A stretch of DNA of 32,000 bases. Source: Methanosphaera stadtmanae DSM 3091 (lineage in GTDB: Archaea > Methanobacteriota > Methanobacteria > Methanobacteriales > Methanobacteriaceae). The DNA lies in the NCBI RefSeq assembly GCF_000012545.1, contig NC_007681.1, positions 1,735,404-1,767,403 on the forward strand, written 5' to 3'. The notes under the pieces are model-generated. The model had not been told where the DNA came from. It did not search any database and worked only from the letters and a program-made list of their open reading frames with translations. Shown in pieces: positions 15,556 to 25,166 of this stretch; the first letter of the stretch is position 1; the number at the start of each line of letters is the position of its first letter. The translations under genes and the position numbers were made by a program.

Positions 15556-17400
15556 TTAATCAAATTTTACACGTTTAGATACCATGTATGGTAAAGGTAA
15601 CTGTCTAAATGGCATGTCTTTTGTAAGAGTATGTATTTCTTCTGCTAAATCTTCAATAGAAATTTCTTCTTTAGTGTTGTCAACACGTCTGTTAACTGAA
15701 ATAGAATTATTTTCTACCTCATTATCACCTACAACTATTGTGTATGGAATCCATTCTTTTCCAGCATTTCTAATTTTCTTACCTACTCTTTCAGCAGTAT
15801 CATCAATATCCACCCTTATATTACTGTCCCTAATTTGTTGGTAAATCTCTTTAGCATAATCTAAGTGATTATCAGTAACAGGAATTATTCTTACCTGTGT
15901 AGGTGCAAGCCATAATGGTAATGATGGTTTATTACCCTTATCTGTTGAAGTTTTTTCAAGTAAACTACAAATAACTCTTTCAATACTTCCTGTAGGACTA
16001 CAGTGTAATATTGTTGGATATTGTTGTTCTTCATTTTCATCAAGATATGTGATACCAAATCTTTTTGCACTTTGAATATCCATTTGAACTGTAGGATTTT
16101 CTATTGGTCTTCCCAAATCATCAATTGCTGCAAAGTCAACTTTAGCATTCCAGTAATGTTTCATTTTAGGAATAACTTCTAAAAGAACTGGTTTTTTAAT
16201 GTTGTTTTTAACTACTTCTTTAATCCAATCTTCATTTTCATCAAAGAAGTCTTGTGTTACACGGAATGCAACCTCATAATGTACATCTAAATCAGTTTCT
16301 GTTTGAGCACACATATCTACTTGATTTGCAAATACTTCTCTTGCATGATCATCATTTAAACATACACTGTGGAAATCAGGCATTGTGAAAGCTCTTAATC
16401 TTTTAAGACCTACAACTTCTCCCTGTCTTTCAAATCTGAAACTGAATGTTGATAATTCATAAATTCCTACAGGCATGTTTTTCCATGTGAGGAATGAATC
16501 TGCTAGAATTCTGAATGCTCCAAAACAACATGCAAATCTTAACATTAATTCTCTGTGTTTTGTTTTTAATCTGTATTGTCTTTCACCAAATTTTTCTGCA
16601 TGTTCTCTTATTGCAGGATTTGCTAAATCATACATTACAGGAGTTTCTACAGGCATTGCACCTCTTTGTGTAACAAGTTGATATACATAGTCACTTAATA
16701 AATCTTTTACAAGTTTACCTTTAGGATACCATCTAATATGTCCCACATCAGCTGCTGGTTCATTACTTGCCAATTCTTTTTCCCTCATTAATCTTACATG
16801 AGGTGGTTGTTTTCCTGTATCTTTTGTTTTACCTTCTTCATGATCAACTAATTGTCTTAGAGTTTTATTTTTATAGTTGTATTCTTCAACATCGAATATG
16901 TTTCCATCTTCTTCTAAGATAAACATTTTAGATGGTTCTGAAGGTTCTTCTTCAGAGTCTTCACTTTCTTCTTCAGGTTCTGTTGTTATAGTTCTTGATA
17001 ACTCAGATAATGGATGTCCTTTACATGATAATTCAAAGGATTTATACCATCCAAATGGTACTCTAAGCACTGCTTCATTGTTATCTAATAATTCAGCTTC
17101 AATACCTTTTAATATTTTTTGAGCTATATCAGGGTTTGATAAAGAAGAACTTAAGTGTGCATATGGATAAATTACAATATTTTCTGCATTTACTTTATTT
17201 TGTACATTTAATATTTCTTTTACTGCTTTATTAATTATTAATTCTGGATTTTCTTCATCTTCTTTTTCAACTGCAATAAAAGCAACTAGTGCTTCATCTA
17301 CTCCAGAAACTCTTTTTTCATCATCTATATCTTCAGCTATTTTAGTTTTACTTCTAGTTTTATACCTTAAATAATCTGAATGTATCATTAAAGTTCGCAT
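15556..17400 (-). CDS. thrS: Threonine--tRNA ligase, archaeal type with N-terminal editing domain
   Basis: 614 aa. Archaeal ThrRS N-terminus [23 protein letters not shown]..., an acidic linker, a class II core ([30 protein letters not shown]) and an anticodon-binding C-terminus. GGAGG SD present. Confidence 0.95.
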   Translation of the reverse strand: MRTLMIHSDYLRYKTRSKTKIAEDIDDEKRVSGVDEALVAFIAVEKEDEENPELIINKAVKEILNVQNKVNAENIVIYPYAHLSSSLSNPDIAQKILKGIEAELLDNNEAVLRVPFGWYKSFELSCKGHPLSELSRTITTEPEEESEDSEEEPSEPSKMFILEEDGNIFDVEEYNYKNKTLRQLVDHEEGKTKDTGKQPPHVRLMREKELASNEPAADVGHIRWYPKGKLVKDLLSDYVYQLVTQRGAMPVETPVMYDLANPAIREHAEKFGERQYRLKTKHRELMLRFACCFGAFRILADSFLTWKNMPVGIYELSTFSFRFERQGEVVGLKRLRAFTMPDFHSVCLNDDHAREVFANQVDMCAQTETDLDVHYEVAFRVTQDFFDENEDWIKEVVKNNIKKPVLLEVIPKMKHYWNAKVDFAAIDDLGRPIENPTVQMDIQSAKRFGITYLDENEEQQYPTILHCSPTGSIERVICSLLEKTSTDKGNKPSLPLWLAPTQVRIIPVTDNHLDYAKEIYQQIRDSNIRVDIDDTAERVGKKIRNAGKEWIPYTIVVGDNEVENNSISVNRRVDNTKEEISIEDLAEEIHTLTKDMPFRQLPLPYMVSKRVKFD

Positions 17401-17634
17401 TTCTAATTATTCCTCCATGAAATTCCGAGACACGTATAATTAATCTACTATTTATTAAATAAATATACTTAAGTAGATTATAATAATTAAAATATCATTA
17501 GTTATTATTTATATAATTCATATTATATTAATATCAGTATTTGTATTCCAAATTAATATTATTAGTAAAAATATAATAAATAAAATATAATTAAATATCT
17601 TGTAAAAATCTAAAAAAAGAAGTTTAGAGGAGAA

Positions 17635-19317
17635 TTACATGAATTCTGGAGATTTAATTCCTAAGAGTTTTAGAGAATTTTTAAGTGTAATTCTTGAAGC
17701 ATCAACTAGTTTTAAACGTAGTTTCTCATGTTCTGAACCTATAACTTGTTTTGATTTGTAGAATTTATTAAATGCTTTTGAAAGACTTAATGTGTATTGA
17801 GCTAAATGATGTACTCTTCTTTCTTGTGCAGATTGACAAATTACTTCTGTAAATTGTGATAATGTTTTTATAAGATCTTTTTCTTCATCATCTAATTCAT
17901 AATCACATCTTACTTCTTCAAATTCATTATAATCTGATTTAGCAAGTAATTTACATGCTCTTGCATGAGCATATTGTATTGAAGCACAGCCTCGCTCAAA
18001 GCTTAATGCTTCTTCCCATTTGAATGTAATAGGTTTTTCTGGTGATATTTGATTAATATAGAATCTTATTGAACCTACACCAACAATTTTTGATACTTCT
18101 TCGATTTGTTTTTCTGTTAAATCAAGATCACGACGTATTAATTCTTCTTTTGCATGTTCTACTGATTGTTCAATAAATTCATCAACTGATATAAACACTC
18201 CTTTTCTTGTTGACATTGAACCTTCAGGTAAATCTATAAATTCATAGAATACTACTTCTGGAGCCCTATTATTAGATAATTCTAATGCTAAACCTAACTG
18301 TTTTGCAGCTAATTTATGATCTGCTCCTAAAATATCTAATGAAATATCACTATTTTTTGTTTTATATTGATGATATGCTAAATCTCTTGTTGCATATAAA
18401 CTAGTACCATTTGATCTTCTAAGTACTAATTCTTTATCTACATTATATCTTTCTAAAGGTAAGTATAGAATATCCTTTTGTATTGTAAATGGTTGTAATT
18501 TTTCAAGTACATCATCTACACTACCATTTCTTAAAAATGTACTTTCCCATTTAAAAAGATTCATTTTAATATTTAAATCTTTAAGTGTTTCTTTTATTCC
18601 ATCAATACAATATTCTACTACGCCTTGGAAAGCATCAATTAGTGCTGCATCAGTTCCTTCTTCATATTTTCTTAAAATATCATCTATTTCTTGATTATAT
18701 TCAGGATTTGCTTCTAATTGTTGATTACATTTATAATATACTTCACCTATTGCATGATCTGCTTTTTTATCATCATCAACTGTGTAGTTAAATTTGTCCA
18801 TTCCCCATACAATAATTGCAATTTGTCTACCCATATCATTAACATAATATTGAGCTTCTACTTTATATCCTGCATGTTGAAGTATTCTTTTTAGAGAATC
18901 TCCAAGTATTGCATTTCTTAGATGTCCAACATGTAATGGACCATTAGGATTTGCAGATGTATGTTCTAAAAGAATTCTTTCATCTTTTTCTGGTAGTTCA
19001 CCATAATTTTTATCAATATAATTTACTACTTTTGTTGTAAATAATGTGTAGTTAATATAGAAGTTAATATATGGTCCTTTTGTTTCTACTTTTTCAAAAT
19101 ATAATGGTAGTTTTATATTTTCCTTAATTTCCTGAGCAATTTCAACTGGTGACTTTTTTAGTTTACTAGCTAAAGAGAAAGCAATATTAGTTGACATATC
19201 ACCCATGGAAGGATTTGGTGGTTCTTCTAGTATGATTTCATCATCATATTTTATTCTTAGTTTTGTTAAAGCTTCTTTTATACTTTCATTTATCTCTGTC
19301 TTTAGTTTTGAGTACAT
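17635..19317 (-). CDS. argS: Arginine--tRNA ligase
   Basis: 560 aa. HIGH region SANPNGPLHVGHLRNAILGD, KMSK-like GSMSTRKG, DALR-type anticodon-binding C-terminus ending ...PEFM. Confidence 0.95.
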   Translation of the reverse strand: MYSKLKTEINESIKEALTKLRIKYDDEIILEEPPNPSMGDMSTNIAFSLASKLKKSPVEIAQEIKENIKLPLYFEKVETKGPYINFYINYTLFTTKVVNYIDKNYGELPEKDERILLEHTSANPNGPLHVGHLRNAILGDSLKRILQHAGYKVEAQYYVNDMGRQIAIIVWGMDKFNYTVDDDKKADHAIGEVYYKCNQQLEANPEYNQEIDDILRKYEEGTDAALIDAFQGVVEYCIDGIKETLKDLNIKMNLFKWESTFLRNGSVDDVLEKLQPFTIQKDILYLPLERYNVDKELVLRRSNGTSLYATRDLAYHQYKTKNSDISLDILGADHKLAAKQLGLALELSNNRAPEVVFYEFIDLPEGSMSTRKGVFISVDEFIEQSVEHAKEELIRRDLDLTEKQIEEVSKIVGVGSIRFYINQISPEKPITFKWEEALSFERGCASIQYAHARACKLLAKSDYNEFEEVRCDYELDDEEKDLIKTLSQFTEVICQSAQERRVHHLAQYTLSLSKAFNKFYKSKQVIGSEHEKLRLKLVDASRITLKNSLKLLGIKSPEFM

Positions 19318-19348
19318 TAATTCTATCTCCTCTTAGTTTATGTTTAAA

Positions 19349-19867
19349 TCATAATCCTCTAAACCATAGAGTTATATATCCTATTTTTGGAATGATTAAT
19401 AAATTATCACCAATTGTGATTACTTTAGCTCTTATTTGTTCTGGTGAAACTAGATATGGATCTTCAACTTCATTATTATCTCCTTTTATAGTATAATATT
19501 TAGATCCATTTATTTCATTTATATCAATAACCCTATGTATTACAGGTTCTGGATACCATTGTGCATCATATACAACCACATCATTTATTTTAATATCATT
19601 ATATGGGTCAAATTCTTGCATTCCATAATATGTATGAACATTTTCAATTGCTACAATATCACCCCTATAAAATGATGGTTCCATACTTCCTGATACTACC
19701 ACATTAAGGTGTGCTGATAAAATAACAGCAATAACTATTATAAGAACATAACTTAGTATTTCTTTTGTTAAATGATATTTACTCTTTGATGTATCCTCTA
19801 ATTCTTTTTGATTTTTTTTCTTATTCTTCCTATTATTGCGTTTTTTAGACAAAAAATTCACCCCCAT
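19349..19867 (-). CDS. Signal peptidase I, archaeal/eukaryal Sec11 (S26B) type
   Basis: Basic N-terminus, one TM segment, then the catalytic-Ser box VVVSGSMEPSFYRGDIV and the His box PVIHRVI. Confidence 0.85.
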   Translation of the reverse strand: MGVNFLSKKRNNRKNKKKNQKELEDTSKSKYHLTKEILSYVLIIVIAVILSAHLNVVVSGSMEPSFYRGDIVAIENVHTYYGMQEFDPYNDIKINDVVVYDAQWYPEPVIHRVIDINEINGSKYYTIKGDNNEVEDPYLVSPEQIRAKVITIGDNLLIIPKIGYITLWFRGL

Positions 19868-19896
19868 ATCACTTGAAAAAAGAAAATAAAAAGGAT

Positions 19897-21546
19897 TTAT
19901 TTTAGTATTGCACCTTTATCTGCAGATGTTGCTAATTTTTGGTATTGTTTTAACCATCCTTTAAGATTACGTTCCACTGGTTTAACTTTAGATAATCTTT
20001 CTTTTATTTCATCATCAGTTAATTCTAATTTAATAGTTCTTTCTTTTACATTTATAGAAACAATATCTCCATTTTCTATTGCACCAATAGGTCCACCTTC
20101 TGCTGCTTCAGGTGATATATGTCCTATACATGGACCTCTACTTCCTCCTGAAAATCTACCATCAGTAATTAAAGCTACATGGAATAATTCACGACCCATT
20201 ATTGCTGCTGTAGGATTTAGCATTTCACGCATACCTGGTCCTCCTTTTGGACCTTCATACCTTATTACTACAACATCCCCATCGATAATTTCATCATTTT
20301 CTATGGCTAGTACACATTCTTCTTCAGAATTAAATACTTTACATGGACCTGAATGAACAAGCATGTCTTCATTTACTGCACCCTGTTTAATTACACAACC
20401 ATTAGGTGCTACATTTCCATATAACACTGCAATTCCACCTTCTGTTCTTATAGGATCATCTAATGTGTGAATTACATTATAATCAATATCAGACACTTTT
20501 TCTAAGTTTTCTTTTACTGAGTTTGAAGTACATGTTATACAATCAGTGTTAAGTATTGATTCCATGTTTTTCATTACTGCAGGAATTCCTCCAGCATTTT
20601 CAACATCAATCATACGATTGTTTCCACCAGGTCTAATACTACAAATATATGGTACTTCATGACTTAATTTATCAAATAAATCTATTGTTACATCTACTCC
20701 ATCCACTTCATTTGCTATTGCAGGAATATGTAATGTGGTATTTGTAGAACCTCCCAATGCTAAGTCAACTTTTATTGCATTTTCAAATGCTTCCTGAGTT
20801 AATATATCTGATGGCTTAATATCATTTTCTAATAATGTAAATATTTTTTTAGCTGAAGCTCTTGCAATTTCTACTTTTTTATCACTTACTGCATGTGCTG
20901 TTGCACATCCTGGTAGACTCATACCCATTGTTTCTGTAAGACAAGCCATTGTATTTGCTGTAAATAATCCTGCACATGAACCTGCTCCTGGACAAGCACA
21001 ACGTTCTAATTCATATAGATCTTCTTCTGACATTTTACCAGATTGTGTTGCTCCTACAGCTTCTGTAACATTAATAAAATCTACTGTTTCACCATGGAAT
21101 TTACCTGGCATCATTGGTCCACCAGTAATAACTATTGCTGGAATATTTAATCTTGCTGCTGCCATTATCATACCTGGTACAACTTTATCACAGGTTGGCA
21201 TTAGTATCAATGCATCAAATTGATGTGCCATTGCCATACTTTCCACAGTATTTGCAATAATTTCCCGTGATGGAAGAGAATAATACATTCCTTCATGATT
21301 CATTGCTATACCATCACAAACAGCCATTGTATCAAATTCAAAAGGAACTCCCCCTTCTAATCTAATAACCTCTTTAACTTCTTGAACTAAATCTTTTAAA
21401 TGAATATGTCCAGGTACTATATCAGTATAACTATTAGCTATTCCAATAAATGGTTTTTTCATATCATTATCATCCAATCCACATGCTCTTAGGAGGGATC
21501 TGTGTGATGTTCTGTTAATTCCTTTTTTTATATTATCGCTTCTCAT
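19897..21546 (-). CDS. ilvD: Dihydroxy-acid dehydratase
   Basis: 549 aa. [59 protein letters not shown] are IlvD/Edd family signatures. Confidence 0.95.
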   Translation of the reverse strand: MRSDNIKKGINRTSHRSLLRACGLDDNDMKKPFIGIANSYTDIVPGHIHLKDLVQEVKEVIRLEGGVPFEFDTMAVCDGIAMNHEGMYYSLPSREIIANTVESMAMAHQFDALILMPTCDKVVPGMIMAAARLNIPAIVITGGPMMPGKFHGETVDFINVTEAVGATQSGKMSEEDLYELERCACPGAGSCAGLFTANTMACLTETMGMSLPGCATAHAVSDKKVEIARASAKKIFTLLENDIKPSDILTQEAFENAIKVDLALGGSTNTTLHIPAIANEVDGVDVTIDLFDKLSHEVPYICSIRPGGNNRMIDVENAGGIPAVMKNMESILNTDCITCTSNSVKENLEKVSDIDYNVIHTLDDPIRTEGGIAVLYGNVAPNGCVIKQGAVNEDMLVHSGPCKVFNSEEECVLAIENDEIIDGDVVVIRYEGPKGGPGMREMLNPTAAIMGRELFHVALITDGRFSGGSRGPCIGHISPEAAEGGPIGAIENGDIVSINVKERTIKLELTDDEIKERLSKVKPVERNLKGWLKQYQKLATSADKGAILK

Positions 21547-21754
21547 TAAATCATATCCTATTATTAAATAAAAAATATACTTGAATCCAATAGGGAATAT
21601 TATGATTAAAAAAAATTAATTAAATCTACAAAATATTTCTCTATAATATATTAATATATATTATTATAATGCTATAATAATTTTTTTAATTAAATTTATA
21701 AAATATAAGAAAGTAATTATATAATAAAATACAAATAATTATAATGTTAAAGAT

Positions 21755-21830
21755 GGGCTCATAGTCTAGCCAGGATTATGACGTGGGACTTCGGATCCCA
21801 AGATCGGGGGTTCAAATCCCCCTGGGCTCG
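21755..21830 (+). tRNA. tRNA-Arg (anticodon TCG)
   Basis: Hand-folded cloverleaf. Acceptor GGGCTCA/TGGGCTC (two G-U pairs); anticodon stem TGGGA/TCCCA with loop CT-TCG-GA; variable AGATC; T-arm GGGGG-TTCAAAT-CCCCC; discriminator G. No encoded CCA. A TATA-like TTATATAA lies about 30 nt upstream. Confidence 0.9.
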
Positions 21831-21989
21831 TTATTTATAATCTATTTTTAATTTAAAATTTATAAAAAAAATAACAAAAATATATTAACTATAAAATTTA
21901 TACTTTTAAAAAAGAACTTTTTTTGATTATATAGAATATTATATAACTTTTTTTTAAAATATAAACTAACTACAATAGGAATCAATAAA

Positions 21990-23279
21990 ATGCCATATGA
22001 TTTTAATTTAAAAAAAGAAAATAATCATCTCATTATTGGAAATATAGATGCTAACGAACTTGCTGAAAAATATAAAACACCATTATATGTGATAGATGAA
22101 GAAAAAGTTAGAAATAATTATAATAAATTATACACTGCATTTAATAGTAAATATGAAGATCTTCACATGTGTTATGCTGCAAAAGCAAATACAAACCTAG
22201 CAGTAATGAAAATATTAGAAGATGAAGGAAGTTACATTGATGCCGTATCTCCCGGTGAAATATACACTGCACTTCTTGCAGGATTTACACCAGAAAGAAT
22301 AGTATTTACTGGAAACAACGTAACAAATGAAGAACTAGAATATGCACATAAAACTGGAGTTACAATAAATCTTGACAGTATTTCTGCACTTGAAAGATTA
22401 AGTACCATTGAAGGAACTAAAGGAAAAGAAATATCCATAAGAGTTAACCCGATGGTAGAAGCAGGACATCATGAACACTGTATTACTGGTGGTCCAAAAA
22501 GTAAATTTGGAATAAAAGAAGAAGAAGCTGTTGAAGTATATCAAAAAGCTATTGATTTAGGATTTAAACCTATAGGAATGCACTCCCACATAGGTTCTGA
22601 AATTCTTGAATCTGAACCATTCATGTTAGCTGTTGAAACAATGATGGATATTGCTGGAAAAGTTCATAAAGAAGTAGGAGTAGACTTTAAATTCCTAGAT
22701 TTTGGTGGAGGATTTGGTATCCCATATGAACCAACAGAAAATGAATTAGACCTAGAAACATTCACAACAGACATAATTAAATTATTTAAATCAAAATTAG
22801 AAGAATATGATATGGGAAAACCTGCAATGTACATAGAACCAGGAAGATTCTTAGTAGGTAATGCTGAAGTACTCCTTACGAGAGTAAATACTATAAAAGA
22901 AAGTTATCGTAAATTTGCTGGTGTAGACTGTGGATTTGGAACATTACTTAGACCTACAATGTATGGTTCATACCACCACATAGTTGTTGCAAATAAAATT
23001 AATGAAGAAAATGTGGAAGAAATTGATATTGCAGGAAACTTATGTGAATCAGGAGATTTATTTGCAAGAGACAGACCTATGCCTAAACTTGAAGAAGGAG
23101 ACTTACTTGCAATATTAAATGCTGGAGCATATGCATACAGTATGGCTTCACAATACAATTCAAGACCTAGACCTGCAGAAGTTCTTGTAAACAAAGACGA
23201 AGTAGATGTAATTAGAAGAAGAGAAGAATTCAGTGACTTATTTAATGGTCAAAAAATTCCTACAAGGTTATTAAAATGA
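21990..23279 (+). CDS. lysA: Diaminopimelate decarboxylase
   Basis: 429 aa. PLP-Lys motif [36 protein letters not shown]. Confidence 0.95.
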   Translation: MPYDFNLKKENNHLIIGNIDANELAEKYKTPLYVIDEEKVRNNYNKLYTAFNSKYEDLHMCYAAKANTNLAVMKILEDEGSYIDAVSPGEIYTALLAGFTPERIVFTGNNVTNEELEYAHKTGVTINLDSISALERLSTIEGTKGKEISIRVNPMVEAGHHEHCITGGPKSKFGIKEEEAVEVYQKAIDLGFKPIGMHSHIGSEILESEPFMLAVETMMDIAGKVHKEVGVDFKFLDFGGGFGIPYEPTENELDLETFTTDIIKLFKSKLEEYDMGKPAMYIEPGRFLVGNAEVLLTRVNTIKESYRKFAGVDCGFGTLLRPTMYGSYHHIVVANKINEENVEEIDIAGNLCESGDLFARDRPMPKLEEGDLLAILNAGAYAYSMASQYNSRPRPAEVLVNKDEVDVIRRREEFSDLFNGQKIPTRLLK

Positions 23280-24154
23280 TTAAAGAAATAGAATTTACTA
23301 AAATGCATGCACTTGGTAATGATTATATTGTAATTAATGAAACAGAAACTGAAGTTATTCCTGAAGAAGCAAAAAACAAATTAAGTAACGATATATGCAC
23401 ACGTAGATTTAGTGTTGGTTCTGACGGTGTAATATTTGCATGTAAATCAGATAAATCTGATGTTAGATTCCGTATATTTAACAGTGATGGTAGTGAAGCT
23501 GAAATGTGTGGAAATGGTATTCGTTGTTTAGCAAAGTACGTTTATGATAATGATATTGTTAAAAAACAAACCATGCAAATAGAAACTATGGAAGATATTA
23601 AAGAAGCAAGACTTACAGTTGAAGATGATGTTGTTAAAAGTATTGCTATTGATATGGGAAAGGGATTTTTCAAACCAGAAGAAATTCCAGCAATAGCTCC
23701 TAGTGGAAATACTGATGAATTTATTGATGAAGAAATTGATGTTGATGGTGAAAAAATCATAATGAGTTCTGTTAGTGTAGGAAATCCACATGCTGTTTCA
23801 TTTACTGATATAAACATTGATGATATTGATTTAGATTATTATGGTCCACGTATTGAAAATCATAAAGCATTTCCTGAAAAAGTAAATGTTCATTTTGTAA
23901 ATATTGTTTCTCCTGGAGAAATTAACATTTTAACATGGGAACGTGGTGCAGGTTTTACATTTGCTTGTGGTACTGGTACAACAAGTTGTGTACTCCTTGG
24001 ATATAAAATGGGACTTTTAAATGAAAAAGTTCATGCACATCTCTCTGGAGGAGATTTAGATATTACAGTAAGTGATCATAATGAATACTTAACTGCTACA
24101 ATGGAAGGAAAAGCAGTTACTGTGTATAAAGCTCAAATGACAGTGGATATTTAA
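23276..24154 (+). CDS. dapF: Diaminopimelate epimerase
   Basis: 292 aa. [30 protein letters not shown] and [13 protein letters not shown] carry the two catalytic Cys. Its ATG overlaps the lysA TGA (ATGA). Confidence 0.95.
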   Translation: MIKEIEFTKMHALGNDYIVINETETEVIPEEAKNKLSNDICTRRFSVGSDGVIFACKSDKSDVRFRIFNSDGSEAEMCGNGIRCLAKYVYDNDIVKKQTMQIETMEDIKEARLTVEDDVVKSIAIDMGKGFFKPEEIPAIAPSGNTDEFIDEEIDVDGEKIIMSSVSVGNPHAVSFTDINIDDIDLDYYGPRIENHKAFPEKVNVHFVNIVSPGEINILTWERGAGFTFACGTGTTSCVLLGYKMGLLNEKVHAHLSGGDLDITVSDHNEYLTATMEGKAVTVYKAQMTVDI

Positions 24155-24161
24155 TTCCACC

Positions 24162-24169
24162 TTTTTTTT
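24162..24169 (+). terminator. Oligo-T tract after dapF
   Basis: A T8 run begins 8 nt after the dapF TAA. Confidence 0.35.
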
Positions 24170-24188
24170 AATTTTTAGGATTGATACT

Positions 24189-25029
24189 ATGAAGCGTATT
24201 GTTTTTGAAGATATAAGTACATTTATTGTGAAGTACATCTTCCATTTACGTTTTAAAGTTGCACTTTTAAGTAGAAAATCAAGAATTTTCAATAAAATAC
24301 TAACAAAACTACTTTTTGAAGATGATAAAACATATTTTATTCCAAATAACAATAATATTACCCACTTAGAAACTATTGAAGTTAATAAAACAATTGATAA
24401 AACCAAAAATATCGTATTTCCAAGTGATATTATTAAAGAAATTATTAGAAATGCTAATTATATTGTTATAATGAATAGTTGTTTATGTAGAACTTCTGCA
24501 AATTGTAATGATTATCCACAGAATAGGTTGTATATTTCTTGGAAGAGCTACAAAAAAGATTTCCAGAAAGTATTGTAGAGAAGTAACACCAGATGAGGCT
24601 ATTAATCATATTGATAAATGTAATAATGCTGGATTAATTCATATTATGGGTAGAAATAAACTTGATGTTAGGTGGATGAATGTAGGTCCATCAGATGAGT
24701 TATTAACAATATGTAATTGTTGTCCATGTTGTTGTTTATGGAGAGTACTACCTAATTTTAGTGATAGTATTCAGGGAAACTTCCATAAATTACCAGGTAT
24801 TAGTGTTTATTGTGATGATAATCAATGTATTTTATGTAAAAAATGTGTTGATATATGTTTTGTTGAGGCAATAACAATAGATGATAATAAAATTAAAGTA
24901 AATAGTAATTGTATGGGTTGTAGTCAATGTGTGAGTAACTGTCCTGTTAATGCCATGAAAATAAATTATGATGATAATATGAACTACACTATAGATGATA
25001 TTAATAATATAGTGAATATAGAAAAATAG
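24189..25029 (+). pseudogene. Fe-S (Cys-rich + 2x[4Fe-4S] ferredoxin-type) protein split by a frameshift near 24516-24523
   Basis: ORF 24189..24578 (frame 0) ends ...MNSCLCRTSANCNDYPQN. ORF 24508..25029 (frame +1) continues HRIGCIFLGRATKK...CNCCPCCCLW...C..C..C...C / C..C..C...CP. Together they read as one protein (CxCR....C.DYP..IGCIFLG), and neither half has its own convincing start or SD at the junction. Confidence 0.6.
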
Positions 25030-25040
25030 TAAAATCCAAT

Positions 25041-25064
25041 AAGATATATTTCAAGTGTAAATTA
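25041..25064 (+). repeat. Intergenic element, subtype 1 (24-mer AAGATATATTTCAAGTGTAAATTA)
   Basis: Its exact 24-nt reverse complement is found at 29797..29820. Contains the 13-nt core ATTTCAAGTGTAA (25048..25060). Confidence 0.8.
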
Positions 25065-25110
25065 TGTTCTAAAAATATTTTCTAATTTAAAAAGTAGATG
25101 AATAAAATCT

Positions 25111-25144
25111 ATGTAAAAAACAAAAACATGGATTTCAAGTGTAA
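25111..25144 (+). repeat. Intergenic element, subtype 2 (ATGTAAAA..ACATGRATTTCAAGTGTAA), 22 nt from the cbiH stop
   Basis: atgtaaaaaacaaaaacatggatttcaagtgtaa aligns with 29959..29986 atgtaaaagacatgaatttcaagtgtaa. Core at 25132..25144. Confidence 0.75.
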
Positions 25145-25166
25145 AAAATAATAAAAATAGAATGAG

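Noticed and set aside
19870-19878. Partial match (CACTTGAAA) to the intergenic core, between the ilvD stop and the signal peptidase start.
   Set aside because: Only 9 of 13 core positions match, which is too short to separate from chance. It is recorded in case a genome-wide profile later includes it.
17635-21830. Possible functional link between argS and the nearby tRNA-Arg(TCG).
   Set aside because: They are about 2.4 kb apart, on opposite strands, and separated by two unrelated genes. This is most simply coincidence.
25128-25151. Mini-ORFs begin at the ATG just 5' of the subtype-2 core: ATGGATTTCAAGTGTAAAAAATAA (M-D-F-K-C-K-K) here, and ATGAATTTCAAGTGTAAC... (12 codons) at 29971..30009.
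   Set aside because: They are only 7 and 12 codons long, have no SD, diverge immediately after the shared core, and one runs into the cbiG 3' end. The conservation is better explained at the DNA/RNA level.
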